From: Eledone cirrhosa
Lineage: Eukaryota
Direction: 5' to 3'
Assembly (NCBI GenBank): GCA_964016885.1
Contig: OZ024758.1
Coordinates: 34,906,001 to 34,970,000 of the forward strand
Length of the DNA: 64,000 nucleotides
The notes below the pieces were generated by a model, which made no database searches, had not been told where the DNA came from, and saw only the letters and a program-made list of their open reading frames with translations. Positions 1 through 13,800 of this stretch are shown piece after piece; the first letter of the stretch is position 1, and every line of letters begins with the position of its first letter. The position numbers were made by a program, and so were the translations under genes.

Positions 1-404
1 CCACTGTTGGTGAGAATTCATTTAAGTTCATGGTATTAGCTGTCAGAGGTAACTCCACTGTTGGTGAGAATTCATTTAAGTCATGGTATTAGCTGTCAGA
101 AGTAACTCCAATGTTGGTGAGAATTCATTTAATTCATGGTACTAGCTGTCAGAAGTAACTCCAATGTTGGTGAGAATTCATTTAAGTACATGGTATTAGC
201 TATCAGAAGTAACTCCACTGTTGGTGAGAATTCATTTAAGGTCATGGTATTAGCTGTCATAAGTAACTCCACTGTTGGTGAGAATTCATTTAAGTCATGG
301 TATTAGCTGTCAGAAGTAACTCCAATGTTGGTGAGAATTCATTTAAGTTCATGGTATTAGCTGTCAGAAGTCACTCCACTGTTGGTGAGAACTCATTTAA
401 GTTC

Positions 405-3400
405 ATGGTACTAGCTGTCAGAAGTAACACCAATGTTGGTGAGAATTCATTTAAGTTCATGGTATTAGCTGTCAGAAGTCACTCCAATGTTGGTGAGAAT
501 TCATTTAAGTTCATGGTATTAGCTGTCAGAAGTAACTCCACTGTTGGTGAGAATTCATTTAAGTTCATGGTATTAACTGTCAGAAGTAACTCCACTGTTG
601 GTGAGAATTCATTTAAGTTCATGGTATTAGCTGTCAGAAGTAACTCCACTGTTGGTGAGAATTCATTTAAGTTCATGGTATTAGCTGTCAGAAGGAACTC
701 CAATGTTGGTGAGAATTCATTTAAGTCATGGTACTAGCTGTCAGAAGTAACTCCACTGTTGGTGAGAATTAATTTAAGTTCATGGTATTAGCTGTCAGAA
801 GGAACGCCACTGTTGGTGAGAATTCATTTAAGTTCATGGTATTAGCAGTCAGAAGTCACTCCACTGTTGGTGAGAATTCATTTAAGTTCATGGTACTAGC
901 TGTCAGAAGTAACCCCAATGTTGGTGAGAATTCATTTAAGTTCATGGTATTAGCTGTCAGAAGTCACTCCAATGTTGGTGAGAATTCATTTAAGTTCATG
1001 GTATTAGCTGTCAGAAGTTACTCCACTGTTGGTGAGAATTCATTTAAGTTCATGGTATTAGTTTGTCAGAAGTAACTCCACTGTTGGTAAGAATTCATTT
1101 AAGTCATGGTACTAGCTGTCAGAAGTAACTCCAATGTTGGTGAGAATTCAATTAAGTCATGGTATTAGCTGTCAGAAGTAACTCCAATGTTGGTGAGAAT
1201 TCATTTAAGTTCATGGTATTAGCTGTCAGAAGTAACTCCACTGTTGGTGAGAATTCATTTAAGTTGATGGTACTAGCAGTCAGAAGTAACTCCACTGTTG
1301 GTGAGAATTCATTTAAGTTCATGGTATTAGTTTGTCAGAAGTAACTCCACTGTTTGTGAGAATTCATTTAAGTCATGGTATTAGTTGTCAGAAGTAACTC
1401 CAATGTTGGTGAGAATTCATTTAAGTTCATGGTATTAGCTGTCAGAAGGAACTCCACTGTTGGTGAGAATTCATTTAAGTTCATGGTATTAGCTGTCAGA
1501 AGGAACTCCAATGTTGGTGAGAATTCATTTAAGTCATGGTACTAGCTGTCAGAAGTAACTCCACTGTTGGTGAGAATTCATTTAAGTTCATGGTATTAGC
1601 TGTCAGAAGGAACGCCACTGTTGGTGAGAATTCATTTAAGTTCATGGTATTAGCTGTCAGAAGTAACTCCACTGTTGGTGAGAATTCATTTAAGTTCATG
1701 GTACTAGCTGTCAGAAGAAACTCCAATGTTGGTGAGAATTCATTTAAGTTCATGGTACTAGCTGTCAGAAGTAACTCCACTGTTGGTGAGAATTCATTTA
1801 AGTTCATGGTATTAGCTGTCAGAAGTAACTCCACTGTTGGTGAGAATTCATTTAAGTCATGGTATTAGCTGTCAGAAGTAACTCCAATGTTGGTGAGAAT
1901 TCATTTAAGTTCATGGTATTAGCTGTCAGAAGTCACTCCACTGTTGGTGAGAACTCATTTAAGTTCATGGTACTAGCTGTCAGAAGTAACACCAATGTTG
2001 GTGAGAATTCATTTAAGTTCATGGTATTAGCTGTCAGAAGTCACTCCAATGTTGGTGAGAATTCATTTAAGTTCATGGTATTAGCTGTCAGAAGTAACTC
2101 CACTGTTGGTGAGAATTCATTTAAGTTCATGGTATTAACTGTCAGAAGTAACTCCACTGTTGGTGAGAATTCATTTAAGTTCATGGTATTAGCTGTCAGA
2201 AGTAACTCCACTGTTGGTGAGAATTCATTTAAGTTCATGGTATTAGCTGTCAGAAGGAACTCCAATGTTGGTGAGAATTCATTTAAGTCATGGTACTAGC
2301 TGTCAGAAGTAACTCCACTGTTGGTGAGAATTCATTTAAGTTCATGGTATTAGCTGTCAGAAGGAACGCCACTGTTGGTGAGAATTCATTTAAGTTCATG
2401 GTATTAGCAGTCAGAAGTAACTCCACTGTTGGTGAGAATTCATTTAGGTTCATGGTACTAGCTGTCAGAAGTAACTCCAATGTTGGTGAGAATTCATTTA
2501 AGTTCATGGTATTAGCTGTCAGAAGGAACTCCACTGTTGCTGAGAATTCATTTAAGTTCATGGTATTAGCTGTCAGAAGTAACTCCACTGTTGGTGAGAA
2601 TTCATTTAAGTTCATGGTACTAGCTGTCAGAAGTAACTCCACTGTTGGTGAGAATTCATTTAAGTTCATGGTATTAGCTGTCAGAAGTCACTCCAATGTT
2701 GGTGAGAATTCATTTAAGTTCATGGTATTAGCTGTCAGAAGTCACTCCACTGTTGGTGAGAATTCATTTAAGTTCATGGTACTAGCTGTCAGAAGTAACC
2801 CCAATGTTGGTGAGAATTCATTTAAGTTCATGGTAGTAGCTGTCAGAAGTCACTCCAATGTTGGTGAGAATTCATTTAAGTTCATGGTATTAGCTGTCAG
2901 AAGTAACTCCACTGTTGGTGAGAATTCATTTAAGTTCATGGTATTAGTTTGTCAGAAGTAACTCCACTGTTGGTGAGAATTCATTTAAGTCATGGTACTA
3001 GCTGTCAGAAGTAACTCCAATGTTGGTGAGAATTCATTTAAGTCATGGTATTAGCTGTCAGAAGTAACTCCAATGTTGGTGAGAATTCATTTAAGTTCAT
3101 GGTATTAGCTGTCAGAAGTCACTCCAATGTTGGTGAGAATTCATTTAAGTTCATGGTATTAGCTGTCAGAAGTAACTCCACTGTTGGTGAGAATTCATTT
3201 AAGTTCATGGTATTAGCTGTCAGAAGTAACTCCACTGTTGGTGAGAATTCATTTAAGTTCATGGTATTAGCTGTCAGAAGTAACTCCACTGTTGGTGAGA
3301 ATTCATTTAAGTCATGGTATTAGCTGTCAGAAGTAACTCCAATGTTGGTGAGAATTCATTTAAGTTCATGGTATTAGCTGTCAGAAGTCACTCCACTGTT

Positions 3401-6400
3401 GGTGAGAATTCATTTAAGTTCATGGTACTAGCTGTCAGAAGTAACCCCACTGTTGGTGAGAATTCATTTAAGTTCATGGTATTAGCTGTCAGAAGGAACG
3501 CCACTGTTGGTGAGAATTCATTTAAGTTCATGGTACTAGCTGTCAGAAGTAACTCCAATGTTGGTGAGAATTCATTTAAGTTCATGGTATTAGCTGTCAG
3601 AAGGAACTCCACTGTTGCTGAGAATTCATTTAAGTTCATGGTATTAGCTGTCAGAAGTAACTCCACTGTTGGTGAGAATTCATTTAAGTTCATGGTACTA
3701 GCTGTCAGAAGTAACTCCACTGTTGGTGAGAATTCATTTAAGTTCATGGTATTAGCTGTCAGAAGTCACTCCAATGTTGGTGAGAATTCATTTAAGTTCA
3801 TGGTATTAGCTGTCAGAAGTCACTCCACTGTTGGTGAGAATTCATTTAAGTTCATGGTATTAGCTGTCAGAAGTCACTCCAATGTTGGTGAGAATTCATT
3901 TAAGTTCATGGTATTAGCTGTCAGAAGTAACTCCACTGTTGGTGAGAATTCATTTAAGTTCATGGTATTAGTTTGTCAGAAGTAACTCCACTGTTGGTGA
4001 GAATTCATTTAAGTCATGGTATTAGTTGTCAGAAGTAACTCCAATGTTGGTGAGAATTCATTTAAGTTCATGGTACTAGCTGTCAGAAGTAACTCCAATG
4101 TTGGTGAGAATTCATTTAAGTTCATGGTATTAGCTGTCAGAAGTAACTCCACTGTTGGTGAGAATTCATTTAAGTTCATGGTACTAGCTGTCAGAAGTAA
4201 CTCCACTGTTGGTGAGAATTCATTTAAGTTCATGGTATTAGTTTGTCAGAAGTAACTCCACTGTTGGTGAGAATTCATTTAAGTCATGGTATTAGTTGTC
4301 AGAAGTAACTCCAATGTTGGTGAGAATTCATTTAAGTTCATGGTACTAGCTGTCAGAAGTAACTCCACTGTTGGTGAGAATTCATTTAAGTCATGGTATT
4401 AGCTGTCAGAAGTAACTCCAATGTTGGTGAGAATTCATTTAAGTCATGGTACTAGCTGTCAGAAGTAACTCCAATGTTGGTGAGAATTCATTTAAGTTCA
4501 TGGTATTAGCTGTCAGAAGTAACTCCACTGTTGGTGAGAATTCATTTAAGTTCATGGTATTAGCTGTCAGAAGTAACTACACTGTTGGTGAGAATTCATT
4601 TAAGTTCATGGTATTAGCTGTCAGAAGTAACTCCACTGTTGGTGAGAATTCATTTAAGTTCATGGTATTAGCTGTCAGAAGGAACTCCAATGTTGGTGAG
4701 AATTCATTTAAGTCATGGTACTAGCTGTCAGAAGTAACTCCACTGTTGGTGAGAATTAATTTAAGTTCATGGTATTAGCTGTCAGAAGGAACGCCACTGT
4801 TGGTGAGAATTCATTTAAGTTCATGGTATTAGCTGTCAGAAGTAACTCCACTGTTGGTGAGAATTCATTTAAGTTCATGGTACTAGCTGTCAGATGTAAC
4901 TCCAATGTTGGTGAGAATTCATTTAAGTTCATGGTATTAGCTGTCAGAAGGAACTCCACTGTTGCTGAGAATTCATTTAAGTTCATGGTACTAGCTGTCA
5001 GAAGTAACTCCACTGTTGGTGAGAATTCATTTAAGTTCATGGTATTAGCTGTCAGAAGTCACTCCAATGTTGGTGAGAATTCATTTAAGTTCATGGTATT
5101 AGCTGTCAGAAGTCACTCCACTGTTGGTGAGAATTCATTTAAGTTCATGGTACTAGCTGTCAGAAGTAACCCCAATGTTGGTGAGAATTCATTTAAGTTC
5201 ATGGTACTAGCTGTCAGAAGTAACACCAATGTTGGTGAGAATTCATTTAAGTTCATGGTATTAGCTGTCAGAAGTAACTCCACTGTTGGTGAGAATTCAT
5301 TTAAGTTCATGGTATTAACTGTCAGAAGTAACTCCACTGTTGGTGAGAATTCATTTAAGTTCATGGTATTAGCTGTCAGAAGTAACTCCACTGTTGGTGA
5401 GAATTCATTTAAGTTCATGGTATTAGCTGTCAGAAGGAACTCCAATGTTGGTGAGAATTCATTTAAGTTCATGGTATTAGCTGTCAGAAGGAACTCCAAT
5501 GTTGGTGAGAATTCATTTAAGTCATGGTACTAGCTGTCAGAAGTAACTCCACTGTTGGTGAGAATTAATTTAAGTTCATGGTATTAGCTGTCAGAAGGAA
5601 CGCCACTGTTGGTGAGAATTCATTTAAGTTCATGGTATTAGCAGTCAGAAGTCACTCCACTGTTGGTGAGAATTCATTTAAGTTCATGGTACTAGCTGTC
5701 AGAAGTAACCCCAATGTTGGTGAGAATTCATTTAAGTTCATGGTATTAGCTGTCAGAAGTCACTCCAATGTTGGTGAGAATTCATTTAAGTTCATGGTAT
5801 TAGCTGTCAGAAGTTACTCCACTGTTGGTGAGAATTCATTTAAGTTCATGGTATTAGTTTGTCAGAAGTAACTCCACTGTTGGTAAGAATTCATTTAAGT
5901 CATGGTACTAGCTGTCAGAAGTAACTCCAATGTTGGTGAGAATTCAATTAAGTCATGGTATTAGCTGTCAGAAGTAACTCCAATGTTGGTGAGAATTCAT
6001 TTAAGTTCATGGTATTAGCTGTCAGAAGTAACTCCACTGTTGGTGAGAATTCATTTAAGTTCATGGTATTAGCTGTCAGAAGTAACTCCACTGTTGGTGA
6101 GAATTCATTTAAGTTGATGGTACTAGCTGTCAGAAGTAACTCCACTGTTGGTGAGAATTCATTTAAGTTCATGGTATTAGTTTGTCAGAAGTAACTCCAC
6201 TGTTTGTGAGAATTCATTTAAGTCATGGTATTAGTTGTCAGAAGTAACTCCAATGTTGGTGAGAATTCATTTAAGTTCATGGTATTAGCTGTCAGAAGGA
6301 ACTCCACTGTTGGTGAGAATTCATTTAAGTTCATGGTATTAGCTGTCAGAAGGAACTCCAATGTTGGTGAGAATTCATTTAAGTCATGGTACTAGCTGTC

Positions 6401-9400
6401 AGAAGTAACTCCACTGTTGGTGAGAATTCATTTAAGTTCATGGTATTAGCTGTCAGAAGGAACGCCACTGTTGGTGAGAATTCATTTAAGTTCATGGTAT
6501 TAGCTGTCAGAAGTAACTCCACTGTTGGTGAGAATTCATTTAAGTTCATGGTACTAGCTGTCAGAAGAAACTCCAATGTTGGTGAGAATTCATTTAAGTT
6601 CATGGTACTAGCTGTCAGAAGTAACTCCACTGTTGGTGAGAATTCATTTAAGTTCATGGTATTAGCTGTCAGAAGTAACTCCACTGTTGGTGAGAATTCA
6701 TTTAAGTCATGGTATTAGCTGTCAGAAGTAACTCCAATGTTGGTGAGAATTCATTTAAGTTCATGGTATTAGCTGTCAGAAGTCACTCCACTGTTGGTGA
6801 GAACTCATTTAAGTTCATGGTACTAGCTGTCAGAAGTAACACCAATGTTGGTGAGAATTCATTTAAGTTCATGGTATTAGCTGTCAGAAGTCACTCCAAT
6901 GTTGGTGAGAATTCATTTAAGTTCATGGTATTAGCTGTCAGAAGTAACTCCACTGTTGGTGAGAATTCATTTAAGTTCATGGTATTAACTGTCAGAAGTA
7001 ACTCCACTGTTGGTGAGAATTCATTTAAGTTCATGGTATTAGCTGTCAGAAGTAACTCCACTGTTGGTGAGAATTCATTTAAGTTCATGGTATTAGCTGT
7101 CAGAAGGAACTCCAATGTTGGTGAGAATTCATTTAAGTCATGGTACTAGCTGTCAGAAGTAACTCCACTGTTGGTGAGAATTCATTTAAGTTCATGGTAT
7201 TAGCTGTCAGAAGGAACGCCACTGTTGGTGAGAATTCATTTAAGTTCATGGTATTAGCAGTCAGAAGTAACTCCACTGTTGGTGAGAATTCATTTAGGTT
7301 CATGGTACTAGCTGTCAGAAGTAACTCCAATGTTGGTGAGAATTCATTTAAGTTCATGGTATTAGCTGTCAGAAGGAACTCCACTGTTGCTGAGAATTCA
7401 TTTAAGTTCATGGTATTAGCTGTCAGAAGTAACTCCACTGTTGGTGAGAATTCATTTAAGTTCATGGTACTAGCTGTCAGAAGTAACTCCACTGTTGGTG
7501 AGAATTCATTTAAGTTCATGGTATTAGCTGTCAGAAGTCACTCCAATGTTGGTGAGAATTCATTTAAGTTCATGGTATTAGCTGTCAGAAGTCACTCCAC
7601 TGTTGGTGAGAATTCATTTAAGTTCATGGTACTAGCTGTCAGAAGTAACCCCAATGTTGGTGAGAATTCATTTAAGTTCATGGTAGTAGCTGTCAGAAGT
7701 CACTCCAATGTTGGTGAGAATTCATTTAAGTTCATGGTATTAGCTGTCAGAAGTAACTCCACTGTTGGTGAGAATTCATTTAAGTTCATGGTATTAGTTT
7801 GTCAGAAGTAACTCCACTGTTGGTGAGAATTCATTTAAGTCATGGTACTAGCTGTCAGAAGTAACTCCAATGTTGGTGAGAATTCATTTAAGTCATGGTA
7901 TTAGCTGTCAGAAGTAACTCCAATGTTGGTGAGAATTCATTTAAGTTCATGGTATTAGCTGTCAGAAGTCACTCCAATGTTGGTGAGAATTCATTTAAGT
8001 TCATGGTATTAGCTGTCAGAAGTAACTCCACTGTTGGTGAGAATTCATTTAAGTTCATGGTATTAGCTGTCAGAAGTAACTCCACTGTTGGTGAGAATTC
8101 ATTTAAGTTCATGGTATTAGCTGTCAGAAGTAACTCCACTGTTGGTGAGAATTCATTTAAGTCATGGTATTAGCTGTCAGAAGTAACTCCAATGTTGGTG
8201 AGAATTCATTTAAGTTCATGGTATTAGCTGTCAGAAGTCACTCCACTGTTGGTGAGAATTCATTTAAGTTCATGGTACTAGCTGTTAGAAGTAACCCCAC
8301 TGTTGGTGAGAATTCATTTAAGTTCATGGTATTAGCTGTCAGAAGGAACGCCACTGTTGGTGAGAATTCATTTAAGTTCATGGTATTAGCTGTCAGAAGT
8401 AACTCCACTGTTGGTGAGAATTCATTTAAGTTCATGGTACTAGCTGTCAGAAGTAACTCCAATGTTGGTGAGAATTCATTTAAGTTCATGGTATTAGCTG
8501 TCAGAAGGAACTCCACTGTTGCTGAGAATTCATTTAAGTTCATGGTATTAGCTGTCAGAAGTAACTCCACTGTTGGTGAGAATTCATTTAAGTTCATGGT
8601 ACTAGCTGTCAGAAGTAACTCCACTGTTGGTGAGAATTCATTTAAGTTCATGGTATTAGCTGTCAGAAGTCACTCCAATGTTGGTGAGAATTCATTTAAG
8701 TTCATGGTATTAGCTGTCAGAAGTCACTCCACTGTTGGTGAGAATTCATTTAAGTTCATGGTATTAGCTGTCAGAAGTCACTCCAATGTTGGTGAGAATT
8801 CATTTAAGTTCATGGTATTAGCTGTCAGAAGTAACTCCACTGTTGGTGAGAATTCATTTAAGTTCATGGTATTAGTTTGTCAGAAGTAACTCCACTGTTG
8901 GTGAGAATTCATTTAAGTCATGGTATTAGTTGTCAGAAGTAACTCCAATGTTGGTGAGAATTCATTTAAGTTCATGGTACTAGCTGTCAGAAGTAACTCC
9001 AATGTTGGTGAGAATTCATTTAAGTTCATGGTATTAGCTGTCAGAAGGAACTCCACTGTTGGTGAGAATTCATTTAAGTTCATGGTATTAGCTGTCAGAA
9101 GTAACTCCACTGTTGGTGAGAATTCATTTAATTCATGGTATTAGCTGTCAGAAGTAACTCCATTGTTGGTGAGAATTCATTTAAGTCATGGTTCTAGCTG
9201 TCAGAAGTAACTCCAATGTTGGTGAGAATTCATTTAAGTCATGGTACTAGCTGTCAGAAGTAACTCCAATGTTGGTGAGAATTCATTTAAGTTCATGGTA
9301 TTAGCTGTCAGAAGGAACTCCACTGTTGGTGAGAATTCATTTAAGTTCATGGTATTAGCTGTCAGAAGTAACTCCACTGTTGGTGAGAATTCATTTAAGT

Positions 9401-10694
9401 TCATGGTATTAGCAGTCAGAAGTAACTCCACTGTTGGTGAGAATTCATTTAAGTTCATGGTACTAGCTGTCAGAAGTAACTCCAATGTTGGTGAGAATTC
9501 ATTTAAGTTCATGGTATTAGCTGTCAGAAGTAACTCCACTGTTGGTGAGAATTCTTTTAAGTCATGGTATTAGCTGTCAGAAGTAACTCCAATGTTGGTG
9601 AGAATTCATTTAAGTTCATGGTATTAGCTGTCAGAAGTAACTCCACTGTTGGTGAGAATTCATTTAAGTTCATGGTACTAGCTGTCAGAAGTAACTCCAC
9701 TGTTGGTGAGAATTCATTTAAGTTCATGGTATTAGTTTGTCAGAAGTAACTCCACTGTTGGTGAGAATTCATTTAAGTCATGGTATTAGTTGTCAGAAGT
9801 AACTCCAATGTTGGTGAGAATTCATTTAAGTTCATGGTACTAGCTGTCAGAAGTAACTCCACTGTTGGTGAGAATTCATTTAAGTCATGGTATTAGCTGT
9901 CAGAAGTAACTCCAATGTTGGTGAGAATTCATTTAAGTCATGGTACTAGCTGTCAGAAGTAACTCCAATGTTGGTGAGAATTCATTTAAGTTCATGGTAT
10001 TAGCTGTCAGAAGTAACTCCACTGTTGGTGAGAATTCATTTAAGTTCATGGTATTAGCTGTCAGAAGTAACTACACTGTTGGTGAGAATTCATTTAAGTT
10101 CATGGTATTAGCTGTCAGAAGTAACTCCACTGTTGGTGAGAATTCATTTAAGTTCATGGTATTAGCTGTCAGAAGGAACTCCAATGTTGGTGAGAATTCA
10201 TTTAAGTCATGGTACTAGCTGTCAGAAGTAACTCCACTGTTGGTGAGAATTAATTTAAGTTCATGGTATTAGCTGTCAGAAGGAACGCCACTGTTGGTGA
10301 GAATTCATTTAAGTTCATGGTATTAGCTGTCAGAAGTAACTCCACTGTTGGTGAGAATTCATTTAAGTTCATGGTACTAGCTGTCAGATGTAACTCCAAT
10401 GTTGGTGAGAATTCATTTAAGTTCATGGTATTAGCTGTCAGAAGGAACTCCACTGTTGCTGAGAATTCATTTAAGTTCATGGTACTAGCTGTCAGAAGTA
10501 ACTCCACTGTTGGTGAGAATTCATTTAAGTTCATGGTATTAGCTGTCAGAAGTCACTCCAATGTTGGTGAGAATTCATTTAAGTTCATGGTATTAGCTGT
10601 CAGAAGTCACTCCACTGTTGGTGAGAATTCATTTAAGTTCATGGTACTAGCTGTCAGAAGTAACCCCAATGTTGGTGAGAATTCATTTAAGTTC
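405..10694. repeat. Higher-order tandem duplication of about 4.8 kb (89-90 monomers): copy 1 ~405-5200, copy 2 ~5201-10694
   Basis: ORF-pattern offsets: 782>5578 (4796); 1536>6386, 1859>6709, 2290>7140, 3045>7895 (4850); 4016>8920 (4904); 4446>9940, 4769>10263 (5494). Shared rare variants: TGTTTGTGAG (1351/6201), CATTTAGGTT (2441/7291), GGTAGTAGC (~2832/7682), AACTACACT (~4575/10069), CAGATGTAAC (4891/10385). Confidence 0.9.
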
Positions 10695-10859
10695 ATGGTA
10701 TTAGCCGTCAGAAGTCACTCCAATGTTGGTGAGAATTCATTTAAGTTCATGGTATTAGCTGTCAGAAGTTACTCCACTGTTGGTGAGAATTCATTTAAGT
10801 TCATGGTATTAGTTTGTCAGAAGTAACTCCACTGTTGGTGAGAATTCATTTAAGTCATG

Positions 10860-13800
10860 GTACTAGCTGTCAGAAGTAACTCCAATGTTGGTGAGAATTC
10901 ATTTAAGTCATGGTATTAGCTGTCAGAAGTAACTCCACTGTTGGTGAGAATTCATTTAAGTTCATGGTATTAGCTGTCAGAAGGAACGCCACTGTTGGTG
11001 AGAATTCATTTAAGTTCATGGTATTAGCTGTCAGAAGTAACTCCACTGTTGGTGAGAATTCATTTAAGTTCATGGTACTAGCTGTCAGAAGAAACTCCAA
11101 TGTTGGTGAGAATTCATTTAAGTTCATGGTACTAGCTGTCAGAAGTAACTCCACTGTTGGTGAGAATTCATTTAAGTTCATGGTATTAGTTTGTCAGAAG
11201 TAACTCTACTGTTGGTGAGAATTCATTTAAGTCATGGTATTAGTTGTCAGAAGTAACTCCAATGTTGGTGAGAATTCATTTAAGTTCATGGTACTAGCTG
11301 TCAGAAGTAACTCCACTGTTGGTGAGAATTCATTTAAGTTCATGGTATTAGCTGTCAGAGGTAACTCCACTGTTGGTGAGAATTCATTTAAGTCATGGTA
11401 TTAGCTGTCAGAAGTAACTCCAATGTTGGTGAGAATTCATTTAAGTCATGGTACTAGCTGTCAGAAATAACTCCAATGTTGGTGAGAATTCATTTAAGTA
11501 CATGGTATTAGCTATCAGAAGTAACTCCACTGTTGGTGAGAATTCATTTAAGTTCATGGTATTAGCTGTCAGAAGTAACTCCACTGTTGGTGAGAATTCA
11601 TTTAAGTCATGGTATTAGCTGTCAGAAGTAACTCCAATGTTGGTGAGAATTCATTTAAGTTCATGGTATTAGCTGTCAGAAGTCACTCCACTGTTGGTGA
11701 GAACTCATTTAAGTTCATGGTACTAGCTGTCAGAAGTAACACCAATGTTGGTGAGAATTCATTTAAGTTCATGGTATTAGCTGTCAGAAGTCACTCCAAT
11801 GTTGGTGAGAATTCATTTAAGTTCATGGTATTAGCTGTCAGAAGTAACTCCACTGTTGGTGAGAATTCATTTAAGTTCATGGTATTAACTGTCAGAAGTA
11901 ACTCCACTGTTGGTGAGAATTCATTTAAGTTCATGGTATTAGCTGTCAGAAGTAACTCCACTGTTGGTGAGAATTCATTTAAGTTCATGGTATTAGCTGT
12001 CAGAAGGAACTCCAATGTTGGTGAGAATTCATTTAAGTCATGGTACTAGCTGTCAGAAGTAACTCCACTGTTGGTGAGAATTAATTTAAGTTCATGGTAT
12101 TAGCTGTCAGAAGGAACGCCACTGTTGGTGAGAATTCATTTAAGTTCATGGTATTAGCAGTCAGAAGTCACTCCACTGTTGGTGAGAATTCATTTAAGTT
12201 CATGGTACTAGCTGTCAGAAGTAACCCCAATGTTGGTGAGAATTCATTTAAGTTCATGGTATTAGCTGTCAGAAGTCACTCCAATGTTGGTGAGAATTCA
12301 TTTAAGTTCATGGTATTAGCTGTCAGAAGTTACTCCACTGTTGGTGAGAATTCATTTAAGTTCATGGTATTAGTTTGTCAGAAGTAACTCCACTGTTGGT
12401 GAGAATTCATTTAAGTCATGGTACTAGCTGTCAGAAGTAACTCCAATGTTGGTGAGAATTCAATTAAGTCATGGTATTAGCTGTCAGAAGTAACTCCAAT
12501 GTTGGTGAGAATTCATTTAAGTTCATGGTATTAGCTGTCAGAAGTAACTCCACTGTTGGTGAGAATTCATTTAAGTTCATGGTATTAGCTGTCAGAAGTA
12601 ACTCCACTGTTGGTGAGAATTCATTTAAGTTGATGGTACTAGCTGTCAGAAGTAACTCCACTGTTGGTGAGAATTCATTTAAGTTCATGGTATTAGTTTG
12701 TCAGAAGTAACTCCACTGTTGGTGAGAATTCATTTAAGTCATGGTATTAGTTGTCAGAAGTAACTCCAATGTTGGTGAGAATTCATTTAAGTTCATGGTA
12801 TTAGCTGTCAGAAGGAACTCCACTGTTGGTGAGAATTCATTTAAGTTCATGGTATTAGCTGTCAGAAGGAACTCCAATGTTGGTGAGAATTCATTTAAGT
12901 CATGGTACTAGCAGTCAGAAGTAACTCCACTGTTGGTGAGAATTCATTTAAGTTCATGGTATTAGCTGTCAGAAGGAACGCCACTGTTGGTGAGAATTCA
13001 TTTAAGTTCATGGTATTAGCTGTCAGAAGTAACTCCACTGTTGGTGAGAATTCATTTAAGTTCATGGTACTAGCTGTCAGAAGAAACTCCAATGTTGGTG
13101 AGAATTCATTTAAGTTCATGGTACTAGCTGTCAGAAGTAACTCCACTGTTGGTGAGAATTCATTTAAGTTCATGGTATTAGTTTGTCAGAAGTAACTCTA
13201 CTGTTGGTGAGAATTCATTTAAGTCATGGTATTAGTTGTCAGAAGTAACTCCAATGTTGGTGAGAATTCATTTAAGTTCATGGTACTAGCTGTCAGAAGT
13301 AACTCCACTGTTGGTGAGAATTCATTTAAGTTCATGGTATTAGCTGTCAGAGGTAACTCCACTGTTGGTGAGAATTCATTTAAGTCATGGTATTAGCTGT
13401 CAGAAGTAACTCCAATGTTGGTGAGAATTCATTTAAGTCATGGTACTAGCTGTCAGAAGTAACTCCAATGTTGGTGAGAATTCATTTAAGTACATGGTAT
13501 TAGCTATCAGAAGTAACTCCACTGTTGGTGAGAATTCATTTAAGTTCATGGTATTAGCTGTCAGAAGTAACTCCACTGTTGGTGAGAATTCATTTAAGTC
13601 ATGGTATTAGCTGTCAGAAGTAACTCCACTGTTGGTGAGAATTCATTTAAGTTCATGGTACTAGCTGTCAGAAGTCACTCCAATGTTGGTGAGAATTCAT
13701 TTAAGTTCATGGTATTAGCTGTCAGAAGTTACTCCACTGTTGGTGAGAATTCATTTAAGTTCATGGTATTAGTTTGTCAGAAGTAACTCCACTGTTGGTG

